Below are positions 19,200 through 28,424 of a stretch of DNA of 64,000 nucleotides, piece by piece (the first letter of the stretch is position 1; every line of letters starts with the position of its first letter). Position numbers and translations under genes: made by a program. The notes beneath the pieces were generated by a model. It had not been told where the DNA came from and searched no databases. It worked only from the letters and a program-made list of their open reading frames with translations. The stretch is taken from assembly GCA_964610905.1 (NCBI GenBank), contig CAZSYT010000007.1, positions 1,465-65,464 of the forward strand, read 5' to 3'. This DNA is from an uncultured Acidimicrobiaceae bacterium (GTDB taxonomy: Bacteria; Actinomycetota; Acidimicrobiia; Acidimicrobiales; RAAP-2).

Positions 19200-20297
19200 T
19201 TACTCCTCGGGCCAGGAGGGACCGGCGTCGCCGGCGGCGAACTCCTCGACGAGCCGGTGGGCCTCGTCGTCGTGGTACTGGACCGGCGGTGACTTCATGA
19301 AGTACGCGGACGGGCCGAGCAGGGGCCCGCCGATGCCCCGGTCGAGGGCGAGCTTGGCGCACCGGACGGCGTCGATGATGACACCGGCCGAGTTGGGCGA
19401 GTCCCACACCTCGAGCTTCAGCTCGAGGTTGAGGGGGACGTCGCCGAAGTTGCGGCCCTCCATCCGGATGTACGCCCACTTGCGGTCCTTCAGCCACGGC
19501 ACGTGGTCGGAGGGCCCGATGTGGACGTCCTCGTCGGACAGCGCCCCGTGCTCGATCTGACTGGTGACGGCCTGCGTCTTCGAGATCTTCTTCGACTCGA
19601 GGCGAGCCCGCTCGAGCATGTTCTTGAAGTCCATGTTGCCGCCCACGTTCAGCTGGTAGGTGTGGTCGAGGGCGAGCCCCCGGTCCTCGAAGAGCCGGGT
19701 GAGGATCCGGTGGACGATGGTGGAGCCGACCTGGCTCTTGATGTCGTCGCCGACGATGGGCACGCCCGCGTCGCGGAAGCGCCGTGCCCACGCGGGGTCG
19801 GAGGCGATGAAGACGGGGATGGCGTTCACGAAGGCCACGCCGGCCTCGAGGCAGGCACCCGCGTAGAAGCGCTGGGCCTCCTCCGAGCCGACCGGCAGGT
19901 AGCTGACCAGCACGTCGGCCTCTGCCTCGCGCAGCGCCGCGACCACGTCCACCGGCTCGGTCGGGGACTCTTCCACGGTGTCGCGGTAGTACGTCCCGAG
20001 ACCGTCGAGGGTCGGCCCCCGCTGGACGGTCACCCCGAGGTCGCCGACCGAGGCGAAGCGGATGGTGTTGTTCTGGCCGGAGAAGATCGCCTTGCCGAGG
20101 TCGGCCCCCACCTTGGCGGCGTCGACGTCGAAGGCGGCCACGAACTCGAGGTCCGAGACGTGGTACCCGCCCAGCACCACGTGCATGAGGCCGGGGACGG
20201 TGTCCGACGGGTCCGCCTCCTGGTAGTACGAGACGCCCTGGACGAGCGAGCAAGCGCAGTTGCCCACGCCGGCGATGGCGACACGGATGGTGCTCAT
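19200..20297 (-). CDS. ino1: myo-Inositol-1-phosphate synthase
   Basis: N-terminus [25 protein letters not shown] and full-length resemblance to actinobacterial Ino1. It lies downstream of a PadR regulator, as in mycobacteria. Confidence 0.92.
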   Translation of the reverse strand: MSTIRVAIAGVGNCACSLVQGVSYYQEADPSDTVPGLMHVVLGGYHVSDLEFVAAFDVDAAKVGADLGKAIFSGQNNTIRFASVGDLGVTVQRGPTLDGLGTYYRDTVEESPTEPVDVVAALREAEADVLVSYLPVGSEEAQRFYAGACLEAGVAFVNAIPVFIASDPAWARRFRDAGVPIVGDDIKSQVGSTIVHRILTRLFEDRGLALDHTYQLNVGGNMDFKNMLERARLESKKISKTQAVTSQIEHGALSDEDVHIGPSDHVPWLKDRKWAYIRMEGRNFGDVPLNLELKLEVWDSPNSAGVIIDAVRCAKLALDRGIGGPLLGPSAYFMKSPPVQYHDDEAHRLVEEFAAGDAGPSWPEE

Positions 20298-20310
20298 TGG
20301 TCGGGTCCCT

Positions 20311-20964
20311 TCAGTGTGTGGCTGGATGTCGGCCGAGCCGACGGTCGGACGGAACGGGAACGGGCGCCGTGGCGGCGAGCGCGCGGCGCTCGGACTCGAT
20401 CAGCTGGTCGAGCCACGAGATGTCGTGCTCGGTGGCCTCGGTGCTGTGCTCGGCCAGTGAGCGCGCGTAGACGTCGAGCGAGCTGCCAGCGGCCCGGGCG
20501 CGGTCCGTGGCGAGGCGGCTCACGAGCTGTGCCCGGCGCCGCTCGAGCAGGTGGAGACGGGCCTGCGGGGCCAGATGGCGGGCGAACGCCAGGCGCAGCC
20601 CGAAGCTGCGGGCGTCGTCGCTGCTCGCCGCGTCGTCCTCGAGCAGGCGCTCGAAGAGGGCGCGGCCGGCGTCCGTGATCCGGTAGACCTTGCGCGACCG
20701 CTTGGTGGAGCGGCCAGCCGCCGGTCGCCGGGCACGCAGGGCGGCCCGCTCGCCCCCGAGCGAGCCGGTGGCCGGGATGACGCCGCCGGTGGCAGCCGTC
20801 GTGGCGACCACCGCACCGGCAGCCTCGAGGCGCGACAGGGCCGGGTAGAGCGACCCGAAGGAGATGTTGGCGAAGAGCCCCAGCTCGTCGCGGAGGCGGC
20901 GGCGGATCTCGTAGCCGTGGAGCTCCTGTTCGGCGAGCAGCCCGAGGATGGCGAGGTCGAGCAC
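20311..20964 (-). CDS. PadR family transcriptional regulator
   Basis: N-terminal winged-helix segment [49 protein letters not shown], typical of the PadR family. Confidence 0.85.
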   Translation of the reverse strand: MLDLAILGLLAEQELHGYEIRRRLRDELGLFANISFGSLYPALSRLEAAGAVVATTAATGGVIPATGSLGGERAALRARRPAAGRSTKRSRKVYRITDAGRALFERLLEDDAASSDDARSFGLRLAFARHLAPQARLHLLERRRAQLVSRLATDRARAAGSSLDVYARSLAEHSTEATEHDISWLDQLIESERRALAATAPVPVPSDRRLGRHPATH

Positions 20965-21092
20965 CTCAGCGTCCCCCGCTCCGGCGGGAGGAGCGCTGCG
21001 GGCCGTTGGCGCTGCGGGCGTACCGGGCGCCCTGCTCCGTGGGGCGCCCGACCGGGGTGGCCAGCCGTGGCAGCGGCGATCGCACGACGAGA

Positions 21093-21116
21093 CGATATAT
21101 CACTTCGATATATCGA
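21093..21116. promoter_or_regulatory. Candidate operator: two AT-rich palindromes (CGATATATC and TCGATATATCGA) in the PadR divergent promoter
   Basis: gaCGATATATCactTCGATATATCGAcg is the only strongly AT-rich stretch in this spacer. The second copy is a perfect 12-bp palindrome. Confidence 0.5.
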
Positions 21117-21241
21117 CGCAACTCGGCGGTGCGCGGTGGCCGCGCCGGGTCCGCGCCGGGTCCGCCGGCGGGTCCGCCGGCGGGTCCGCCGGCGGTGCCG
21201 AAACGGCGTGTCGGCGTGGGGAGAGGGTTACCCTGAGTGCC

Positions 21242-21703
21242 GTGAGCTTCGTGCCCGGGATCCCACGCGGGACCCAGACGTCCCCCGCCGGGGGTCGGGT
21301 GGAGTACCGACTGGCGCGCAACGCCGTCGTGACCCAGTTCCGCAAGGGGCGGCTCTCGAGGCTCGACGTGTGCGACGCCCACCCCGAGCTCCTCCGGGCA
21401 GCGCGCAACGTGGGCACCGCCTCGCAGGAGGCCTGCCCGGTGTGCGACGCCGGCTCGATGGTCGACGTCACCTTCGTCTTCGGGTCGCGGCTGCCCGCCG
21501 GCGGCCGGTGCGTGACCTCCCCGGCCGAGCTGGCCCGGTACCACCGGCGCAAGGACCCCGTGGTCTGCTACGTGGTCGAGGTGTGCCCCGAGTGCGCGTG
21601 GAACCACCTCGTGCGCATGTACCCGGCCGGCGCCGGCGTGGCGGGGAGCCCGGCGCGCTCCGCCCGGCGCGGCTCCCGGGCGGGGCTGCCGGGTCCGGGG
21701 TAG
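21242..21703 (+). CDS. Conserved actinobacterial Cys-rich protein (DUF5318-like)
   Basis: Two CxxC pairs (CPVCDAG and CPECAWNH) within a conserved-looking core (EYRLARNAVVTQFRKGRLSRLDVCDAHPELLRAA). It is divergent from PadR-ino1. The start is uncertain. Confidence 0.6.
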   Translation: MSFVPGIPRGTQTSPAGGRVEYRLARNAVVTQFRKGRLSRLDVCDAHPELLRAARNVGTASQEACPVCDAGSMVDVTFVFGSRLPAGGRCVTSPAELARYHRRKDPVVCYVVEVCPECAWNHLVRMYPAGAGVAGSPARSARRGSRAGLPGPG

Positions 21704-22479
21704 CGCACGGCGGTGTCCCGCCCGACACACCGGCGGTCCTCGACCTCGACCGGTGGTCGGAGCGCCTGGCTGCCGTCCGGCTGCCCGCGGGGCCGTGCCG
21801 GCTCCGACCCGGGCCCCGACCGCTCCCGGTGGTTCGGGTGGCGGTCGGCGCTTCCCGGCAGCATGGCGGGGCAGACCCGCTCACGGGGTCGGGTGGCCGG
21901 GGGTCGGACGGCCGCCAGGTGGGCGGCGGTGTGCAGCTCGCATCCGCACCGGCCGACCGTGGAGGCGACCGGTCGGAGCGGCGGGACGTCGCCCCGCCCC
22001 TCGACGCCCCAGGGCCAGACCGCCGTCGACCACCACGGCCGACGGCCTCCGCTCGACCCGACCCTCCACCAGACGCGCCGCTTCGTGCGGCGCGGCGACA
22101 GCCTGTGCCCGCGACCCGTCGCCCGACCGACGACAGGACGGCGACCGCACCCTCGTCCACGGCCCGGCCCCGCCGGCGAGGACCGCCAGCGGCACCCCGT
22201 GCGGGCCACGGCCAGCATCCCTCCGCCACCTGCCACAGGTCCGGTCCGCGGTTGCGCCCAGGCGGCCCCCGCCATGCGGAGGTCCTACGTGAGGCAATGA
22301 ACGGGCTTGGGGTCGACGCGGAGGTTCTCGATGGGTCGACGCGGAGCCCGAGCCCGAACGGGGCGCTCGCAGTAAGCTCGGCCAGAGCCGGGCCGCTGCG
22401 CCCGGCACCCGGTCCGGCCGCACGGCCGGAGATGCCGCCGGCAGCCCCTGGCGCTGGACGGCCAATCGAAAGGAGCGCG

Positions 22480-23367
22480 ATGTCCGACGAGCGCGCCGTG
22501 CCGCCGAACCCTCCCACCCCCGGCTCATCGCTCCCCGACCCCGGCGTCCCCGATGCGCCCGAGCGGCTGCGCCGGCGGACCGTCCCCGCCGTGCGGGCCG
22601 CCAAGCGACGCGACGGGGCGGCACCCCTCGTCATGGTCACCGCCTACGACGCCCCCTCGGCCCGGATCGCCGACGCCGCCGGGGTCGACATCGTGCTGGT
22701 GGGGGACTCGGTGGCGAACAACGTGCTCGGCCACCCCGACACCCTCCACGTCGACGTGGACGACATGGTCCACCACGTCGCCGCCGTCGCGCGGGCCCGG
22801 CCCGAGGCCCTCGTCGTGGGCGACCTCCCCTGGCTCAGCTACCACCTCGACCCGGCGACCACCGTCCGCAACGGCGCCGCTCTCGTCCGGGCCGGTGCCG
22901 GCGCCGTCCCGCTCGAGGGGGGCCGGAGCCGCGTGCCGAGGATCGAAGCGCTGATCGGCGCCGAGATCCCGGTCATGGGCCACCTCGGGCTCACCCCCCA
23001 GTCGGTCCACGCCATGGGCGGCTACCGGGTCCAGGGCCGCACCGACGAGGCGGCCGAGTCACTGCTCGCCGACGCCGTCGCCCTCGTCGAGGCCGGCTGC
23101 TTCGCCGTCGTCCTCGAGGGCGTGCCGGCCTCGCTCGGCGCCGCCGTGACCGCCGCCCTCGAGGTGCCGACGATCGGGATCGGTGCGGGGCCGGAGTGCG
23201 ACGGCCAGGTGCTCGTCTTCCACGACGTCCTCGGGTTCAACGATCGGGTGCCCCGCTTCGTCCGCACGTACGCCAACCTGGCCGCGGACGCCGTCGCCGC
23301 CCTCGAGGCCTACGTCGCCGACGTGCGCTCGGGAGCCTTCCCCTCCGAGGCCGAGAGCTACCGGTGA
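22480..23367 (+). CDS. panB: 3-Methyl-2-oxobutanoate hydroxymethyltransferase
   Basis: ATG preceded by GAAAGGAG. PanB motifs include VMVTAYDAPSARI, VLVGDSVANNVLGH, GHLGLTPQS and VLEGVP. Confidence 0.92.
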   Translation: MSDERAVPPNPPTPGSSLPDPGVPDAPERLRRRTVPAVRAAKRRDGAAPLVMVTAYDAPSARIADAAGVDIVLVGDSVANNVLGHPDTLHVDVDDMVHHVAAVARARPEALVVGDLPWLSYHLDPATTVRNGAALVRAGAGAVPLEGGRSRVPRIEALIGAEIPVMGHLGLTPQSVHAMGGYRVQGRTDEAAESLLADAVALVEAGCFAVVLEGVPASLGAAVTAALEVPTIGIGAGPECDGQVLVFHDVLGFNDRVPRFVRTYANLAADAVAALEAYVADVRSGAFPSEAESYR

Positions 23368-23612
23368 CGCCGGTGGCCGGACGCCCCAGGCGGAGGGTCT
23401 CGCCTGAGGCAACGAATGCCGCTACGCGGAGGTCTTCGGCGAGCCGACGCGGCGCGTCGGAGCAAGGTCGTGCGACCCGCTAGCATGTCCCGGTCACGCC
23501 CGCCCGGGTGCCGGCACCACGGCACCGGCGGGCACCCGGTCCGACCTGCCCCACGTGGTGGGGCTCGGTCACCGAGCTGCTCGGTGGCCGGTCCAGAGGG
23601 AGGTGCGCCGCC

Positions 23613-23945
23613 GTGCGGCCGTACGAGACGATGGTCATCTTCGACACCGCGGCCGACGACGCGTCGGTCAACGCCGCGCTCGACCGGGGCCTCGACGCCC
23701 TGCGGGCCAAGGGCGGGGTGGTGGGCGCGGTGAACCGGTGGGGCAGGCGCGCCTTCGCCTACGAGCTCAAGCACAAGCGCGAGGGCTACTACGTCGTCGT
23801 CGAGCTGACGGCGACGCCGGACGCCGTCGCCGACATGGAGCGGGTCTTCGTCCTGGCCGACGAGGTCCTGCGCCACAAGGTCGTCCGCCTCCCCGACAAG
23901 GTGGCCGGGCGCCGGGCGGCGGCAGCGGCCGCAGGGGAGGGCTGA
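23613..23945 (+). CDS. rpsF: 30S ribosomal protein S6
   Basis: GTG preceded by GAGGGAGG, and the [11 protein letters not shown]-terminus typical of S6. First gene of the rpsF-ssb-rpsR-rplI operon. Confidence 0.92.
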   Translation: MRPYETMVIFDTAADDASVNAALDRGLDALRAKGGVVGAVNRWGRRAFAYELKHKREGYYVVVELTATPDAVADMERVFVLADEVLRHKVVRLPDKVAGRRAAAAAAGEG

Positions 23946-23948
23946 GCG

Positions 23949-24407
23949 ATGTCCAACGGCAACACGGTCACCTTGGTGGGCAACATCACCCGCGACCCCG
24001 AGCTGCGTTTCACCAACACGGGCCAGGCGACGGCGAGCTTCGGGCTCGCCGTCAACCGTCGCTGGCAGAACCGGCAGACCCAGGAGTGGGAGGAGGCGAC
24101 GTCCTTCTTCGACGTCGTCTGCTGGCGCGAGATGGCCGAGAACGTCGCCGAGAGCCTCTCCCGGGGCGCACGCGTCATCGTCACCGGCCGCCTCGAGCAG
24201 CGCAGCTGGGAGACGCCCGAGGGGGACAAGCGCTCGAAGGTCGAGGTCGTCGCCGACGAGATCGGCCCGAGCATCCGCTGGGCCACCGCCCAGGTGACGA
24301 AGAACGAGCGGCGGACGCCGGCCGAGGGCGGCGGCGGCCGCGGCGCCGGGAGCGGCGGGGGAGCGAGCAGCTCCGGTGGGTACGGGTACAGCGAGGAGCC
24401 CTTCTAG
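23949..24407 (+). CDS. ssb: Single-stranded DNA-binding protein
   Basis: OB-fold N-terminus ([18 protein letters not shown]), a Gly-rich linker and an acidic C-terminal tip ending in EEPF. Confidence 0.95.
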   Translation: MSNGNTVTLVGNITRDPELRFTNTGQATASFGLAVNRRWQNRQTQEWEEATSFFDVVCWREMAENVAESLSRGARVIVTGRLEQRSWETPEGDKRSKVEVVADEIGPSIRWATAQVTKNERRTPAEGGGGRGAGSGGGASSSGGYGYSEEPF

Positions 24408-24409
24408 CG

Positions 24410-24862
24410 ATGGCACGCAGCAACGACCGGGGCGGCAGCAGCCGCCGAACAGCGAAGGACAGCGCACGCAGGGTCAAGAAGAAGCCGTGCGCACTGTGCA
24501 AGGACCACGTCGAGTGGGTCGACTACAAGGACGTCGCGCTCCTGCGGAAGTTCATGAGCGACCGGGGCAAGATCCGGGCGCGACGGGTGTCGGGGAACTG
24601 CGCCCAGCACCAGCGCGACGTGGCGCTCGCCATCAAGACGGCGCGTGAGCTCGTGCTCCTGCCGTACACGCAACGGACGACGACCGAGCGGCCGGGCGGC
24701 CGGGGCGGTCGTGGCGGCGGCCGCGAGGGTGGTCCGGGGGGGCGTCGGGGGCGCCAGGAGGGCGGCGAGGAGCGCGGCCCGGCCCGGGAGGCCGTCACCC
24801 CCGCAGCTCCCGGGCCAGGGGCCGGCGAGGTGGCGGACGTCGTGGCACGCGAGGAGGCCTGA
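24410..24862 (+). CDS. rpsR: 30S ribosomal protein S18 with a roughly 60-aa Arg/Gly-rich C-terminal extension
   Basis: S18 core ([60 protein letters not shown]) followed by an RGG-type tail. The tail runs right up to rplI. Confidence 0.9.
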   Translation: MARSNDRGGSSRRTAKDSARRVKKKPCALCKDHVEWVDYKDVALLRKFMSDRGKIRARRVSGNCAQHQRDVALAIKTARELVLLPYTQRTTTERPGGRGGRGGGREGGPGGRRGRQEGGEERGPAREAVTPAAPGPGAGEVADVVAREEA

Positions 24863-24863
24863 G

Positions 24864-25316
24864 ATGCGAGTGGTGCTGCGCACGGACATCACGGGCGTGG
24901 GCAAGCGGGGCGACATCATCGACGTCGCCGGCGGCTACGCCCGTAACCACCTGCTCCCTTCCGGACGCGCCATGGTGGCGACCCCCGGCGTCGAGTCCCA
25001 GGCAGCGGCCATGCGCCGTTCCCGCGACCTGCGTGACGCCCGCGAGCGCGAAGCCGCCCAGACGGTCGCCCGGACGCTCGTCGGCCACCCCGTCGTCGTG
25101 CCGGCCCGGGCCAGCGCGGCCGGCCGTCTGTTCGGCTCGGTGTCGGCCGCCGACGTGGTGCGCCACGTCGAGGCCCAGACCGGGGCGGTCATCGACCGCA
25201 GGGCGCTGGACCTCCACGAGCCCATCAAGGAGCTGGGCCAGCACCAGGTCCGGGTCGAGCTCCACGACGACGTGGTCTTCGAGCTCACCGTCGACGTGGT
25301 GACGGCCGAGGGCTGA
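24864..25316 (+). CDS. rplI: 50S ribosomal protein L9
   Basis: N-terminus MRVVLRTDITGVGKRGDIIDVAGGYARNHLLP is typical of L9. Confidence 0.93.
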   Translation: MRVVLRTDITGVGKRGDIIDVAGGYARNHLLPSGRAMVATPGVESQAAAMRRSRDLRDAREREAAQTVARTLVGHPVVVPARASAAGRLFGSVSAADVVRHVEAQTGAVIDRRALDLHEPIKELGQHQVRVELHDDVVFELTVDVVTAEG

Positions 25317-25667
25317 GCACCCGAGGAGCCACGACCGACCCGCCCACCGGGCAGGAGCGCGTCGGTCCTCACCGGTCTCAGCTGTCCCCATCTCGTCGCC
25401 AAGCGGTCCTGCTCCGCGTCGTCGCGGGACGCGCCGCCCGGCCCGGCGGGCCAGCCCATCCGGCCCGGCGGGCATCCCCCGCTCCGTCACAGCCGCGCGG
25501 GATGCTGACGGGCAACGCGGACGTCGTGCCCGGGGTGTCGAGGGCCGTGCCCCCTCCGTCCCCAGGGCGACCCCGTCCGTCCCCGCGAAACCCACAGGGA
25601 TCCACGGGGAAATCCCCAGGTTGTCCCGTCGCACGTCACCAGGCTCGTAGGAGAAGGTGGAGGCATC

Positions 25668-27056
25668 ATGGTCCAGGCCTTCGACGACACCCGCCCACGC
25701 CGCCTGCTCGCACCGGCAGCGGAGCGGGGCGCTCCCACGGGGGGCCGCGTGCCGCCGCACAACCTCGAGGCCGAGGAGTCGCTCCTCGGGGCCATGCTCC
25801 TGTCCCGTGACGCCATCGCCGCTGCCATGGAGCACTGCACGGCCGAGGACTTCTACCGCCAGTCCCACGGCCACATCTTCACGGCGATCACCTCCCTGTT
25901 CAGCCAGGGGGAGCCGGCCGACTGGGTGACGGTCACCGAGGAGCTCCGCCGCCGCGACCTGCTCGAGGAGATCGGCGACCCCTCGGTGTTCGTGTCGCTC
26001 CAGGCCAACACCCCCTCGATCGGCAACGCCGAGCACTACGCCGTGATCGTCGAGGAGCTGGCCTTGCTGCGACGCCTCGTCGCCGTGGCCGGGGAGATCA
26101 CCGAGCTCGGTTACAGCGCCCCGCCCGACGTGGCCGACGTCCTCGACCGCGCCGAGAGCCTCGTCTTCGACGTGGCCCAGCGCCGCGTCGTCGACTCGCT
26201 GACGCCCCTGCGCGACCTGCTCGGGCAGAGCCTCGACCACCTCGAGCAGCTCTTCAACCGCGGCGAGGCGATCACCGGACTGGCCACCGGCTACGTCGAC
26301 CTCGACGAGCAGCTGTCGGGCCTCCAGCCGTCCAACCTCCTCGTGGTCGGGGCGCGGCCCGCCATGGGCAAGACCTCGTTCGCCCTCGGCATGGTCGCCC
26401 ACGCCGGCATCCGCCTGCGCCAGCCCGTCCTGCTCTTCTCCCTCGAGATGAGCCACCTCGAGCTGACCCAGCGGCTGCTGTGCGCCGAGGCGCGGGTCGA
26501 CGCCACGCGCATGCGCACCGGGAGGCTCAACGACGCCGACTGGACGAAGATCGGCCACGCCATCAGCCGGATGAGCGAGGCCCCGATCTTCATCGACGAC
26601 AACCCGAACCTGACGGTGATGGACATCAGGGCGCGGGCTCGGCGGTTGAAGAGCCGCGAGGGGCTCGGGCTGGTCGTGGTCGACTACCTCCAGCTCATGA
26701 CCGGTCGCCACGGCGCCGAGAACCGCCAGGTCGAGGTGTCCGAGATCAGCCGAGGCCTGAAGATCCTCGCTCGCGAGCTCGAGGTCCCCGTCGTCGCGCT
26801 CTCACAGCTGTCGCGGGGCCTCGAGATGCGCCAGGACAAGCGCCCGATGCTCGCCGACCTGCGCGAGTCGGGCTCCATCGAGCAGGACAGCGACGTCGTG
26901 CTCTTCATCTACCGCGACGAGGTCTACAACCCCGACTCGATCGACACGCAGGGTACCGCCGAGGTGCTCGTGGCAAAGCACCGCAACGGGCCCACGGGGT
27001 CGGTCCGGCTGGCCTTCATCGGCAACCACGCCCGCTTCGACAACATGGCCCGCTGA
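25668..27056 (+). CDS. dnaB: Replicative DNA helicase DnaB (no intein)
   Basis: PHNLEAEESLLGAMLLS N-terminal motif, Walker A GARPAMGKTSF, Walker B VVVDYLQLM and SQLSR. The 462-aa length leaves no room for an intein. Confidence 0.95.
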   Translation: MVQAFDDTRPRRLLAPAAERGAPTGGRVPPHNLEAEESLLGAMLLSRDAIAAAMEHCTAEDFYRQSHGHIFTAITSLFSQGEPADWVTVTEELRRRDLLEEIGDPSVFVSLQANTPSIGNAEHYAVIVEELALLRRLVAVAGEITELGYSAPPDVADVLDRAESLVFDVAQRRVVDSLTPLRDLLGQSLDHLEQLFNRGEAITGLATGYVDLDEQLSGLQPSNLLVVGARPAMGKTSFALGMVAHAGIRLRQPVLLFSLEMSHLELTQRLLCAEARVDATRMRTGRLNDADWTKIGHAISRMSEAPIFIDDNPNLTVMDIRARARRLKSREGLGLVVVDYLQLMTGRHGAENRQVEVSEISRGLKILARELEVPVVALSQLSRGLEMRQDKRPMLADLRESGSIEQDSDVVLFIYRDEVYNPDSIDTQGTAEVLVAKHRNGPTGSVRLAFIGNHARFDNMAR

Positions 27057-27116
27057 CCCCGGGCCCGGAGCAGCTCGGCGAGCGACCGAGGTGCGACGGC
27101 GAGGCCGCCGGCGCAG

Positions 27117-27165
27117 TCGGCACTGCCGCCTTCGCCCGGCACTGCCGCCCTCGCCCGGCACGCCG
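27117..27165. repeat. 2.6 x 19-bp intergenic tandem repeat downstream of dnaB
   Basis: cggcactgccgcc(t/c)tcgcc occurs twice and is followed by the partial copy cggcacgccgc. Confidence 0.8.
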
Positions 27166-27240
27166 CGACGAAGGGTCACCGCTCGGCCGGGCCTGCCGGC
27201 ACCGGGCGCCCCGGCCACGAGCGACGGGCAGTGGGCCGGC

Positions 27241-27453
27241 CTAGTGGTGCTCGTCGACCTCGTCGACGTAGTGCCAGTCGACCATGCCGTAGCGCTCCAC
27301 GACGACCGGTCCCCCGTTCGACGTGGACAGCTCGCGGGCCCGGACGATGGCCGCCTCGTCGCCGGTGAAGTCGCCCGTCTCGACCTCGTCCCCACCGGGG
27401 CGGGCGAAGCGGTAGCGCCAGGTCTTTCCGGAGGACGACGGGGGCTCGGTCAT
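27241..27453 (-). CDS. Small acidic hypothetical protein (70 aa)
   Basis: Compact ORF with an ATG start and a balanced, non-Arg/Pro-biased composition (MTEPPSSSGKTWRYRFARPGGDEVETGDFTGDEAAIVRARELS...). No family was recognised. Confidence 0.45.
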   Translation of the reverse strand: MTEPPSSSGKTWRYRFARPGGDEVETGDFTGDEAAIVRARELSTSNGGPVVVERYGMVDWHYVDEVDEHH

Positions 27454-27909
27454 GGCCCGACGATAGGACACGATCGCGCGCCCCGGGCGTCGACCCGGCG
27501 GCGCACCTTCCGTCGACCCCGCGCCCCAGCGAGCGCACGCCGTCCTTCGGGTCGCTGAGGGCCCCGGCGGGCCCGCGACGGGCCCGACCGGTCGGGCCGC
27601 GGGAGCAGCCGCTCGACGACGCGTCGGTGGACGGGCGAGGCTCCGCGGTCCCCGACGGGGAGCCCGCTGGCGCGCACGAGCCGTGCCCGTGCCGCGGAGG
27701 GGGGCGGAGGCGGAGGTCCGTGCTCCGTGTGCTGCGTCGAGGGCGTCCGAGGTCGAGGACGGGGCCGCAGAGCCGAGCGGTGACCCGCTCCTCCGCGGGG
27801 CCGACCGGGCTCCCCACGGCGTGGGCCCGCCGCCGATCCGGGGATCGTCGGTCACCTGGCACCCGGGGCTGGCGCCGACCACGGCCCGACGGCCGGCGCT
27901 CGCCCGCTC

Positions 27910-28392
27910 GTGGCCTGCTCGCCGGCGCCGGTGCGACGCGCGATCCTCGCGGGCGTGCTCGTGATCGACGCGGCCAACGTCATCGGCTCCCGACCGACCG
28001 GCTGGTGGCGGGACCGGGCCGGCGCGGCGCGCCGCTTCGTCGAGCAGCTGCGCGAGGCCGCCAGGCACGGGGAGCTCCCCCTGCCGGCCGTGGTCGTCCT
28101 CGAAGGTGACGCCCGCTCGGGCGTCGCGGAGGCGGACGTCGACGGCGTGCGAGTCGTCCACGCCGCCTGCAGCGGCGACGACACGCTGGTGGCGCAGGTC
28201 CCGACGGCGGCCGCCGGCGTCGTCCTCGTCACCGCCGACCGCGGTCTCCGCGAGCGTGCCCGCGAGCTCGGAGCCGAGACCGTCGGCCCCAGCTGGCTCT
28301 ACGACCGTCTCGGGGCGTCCCGGCACCACGGGGACGACCGGGACGCCGAGCCGGGGCGAGGCCCGTCGTCGCCGGGGCCGGTGCGCCCCTGA
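27910..28392 (+). CDS. NYN/PIN-like domain protein (YacP/Rae1-like putative RNase)
   Basis: VLVIDAANVIGSRPTGWW, GDDTLV and VVLVTADRGLRERARELGAE resemble the YacP-like NYN fold. The start is uncertain (GTG at 27910, 27931 or 27955). Confidence 0.5.
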   Translation: MACSPAPVRRAILAGVLVIDAANVIGSRPTGWWRDRAGAARRFVEQLREAARHGELPLPAVVVLEGDARSGVAEADVDGVRVVHAACSGDDTLVAQVPTAAAGVVLVTADRGLRERARELGAETVGPSWLYDRLGASRHHGDDRDAEPGRGPSSPGPVRP

Positions 28393-28424
28393 CCGAACGG
28401 GCTGCGCAGCCTCGGGGCCACCCC

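Noticed and set aside
21713-22300. 195-aa ORF in the unassigned region before panB as a real CDS
   Set aside because: The composition (about 18% Arg, very few hydrophobic residues) and the high GC at codon position 2 are unlike genuine genes here. It is kept only as a question under findings.
25540-25620. C-rich tracts upstream of dnaB as a 6C-type small RNA
   Set aside because: I could only draw short (4-5 bp) stems by eye, and the loops are not the characteristic C-rich loops. This cannot be supported without a covariance-model scan.
25668-27056. Intein in dnaB, which is common in actinobacteria
   Set aside because: The 462-aa length and uninterrupted Walker A/B and SQLSR motifs leave no insertion.
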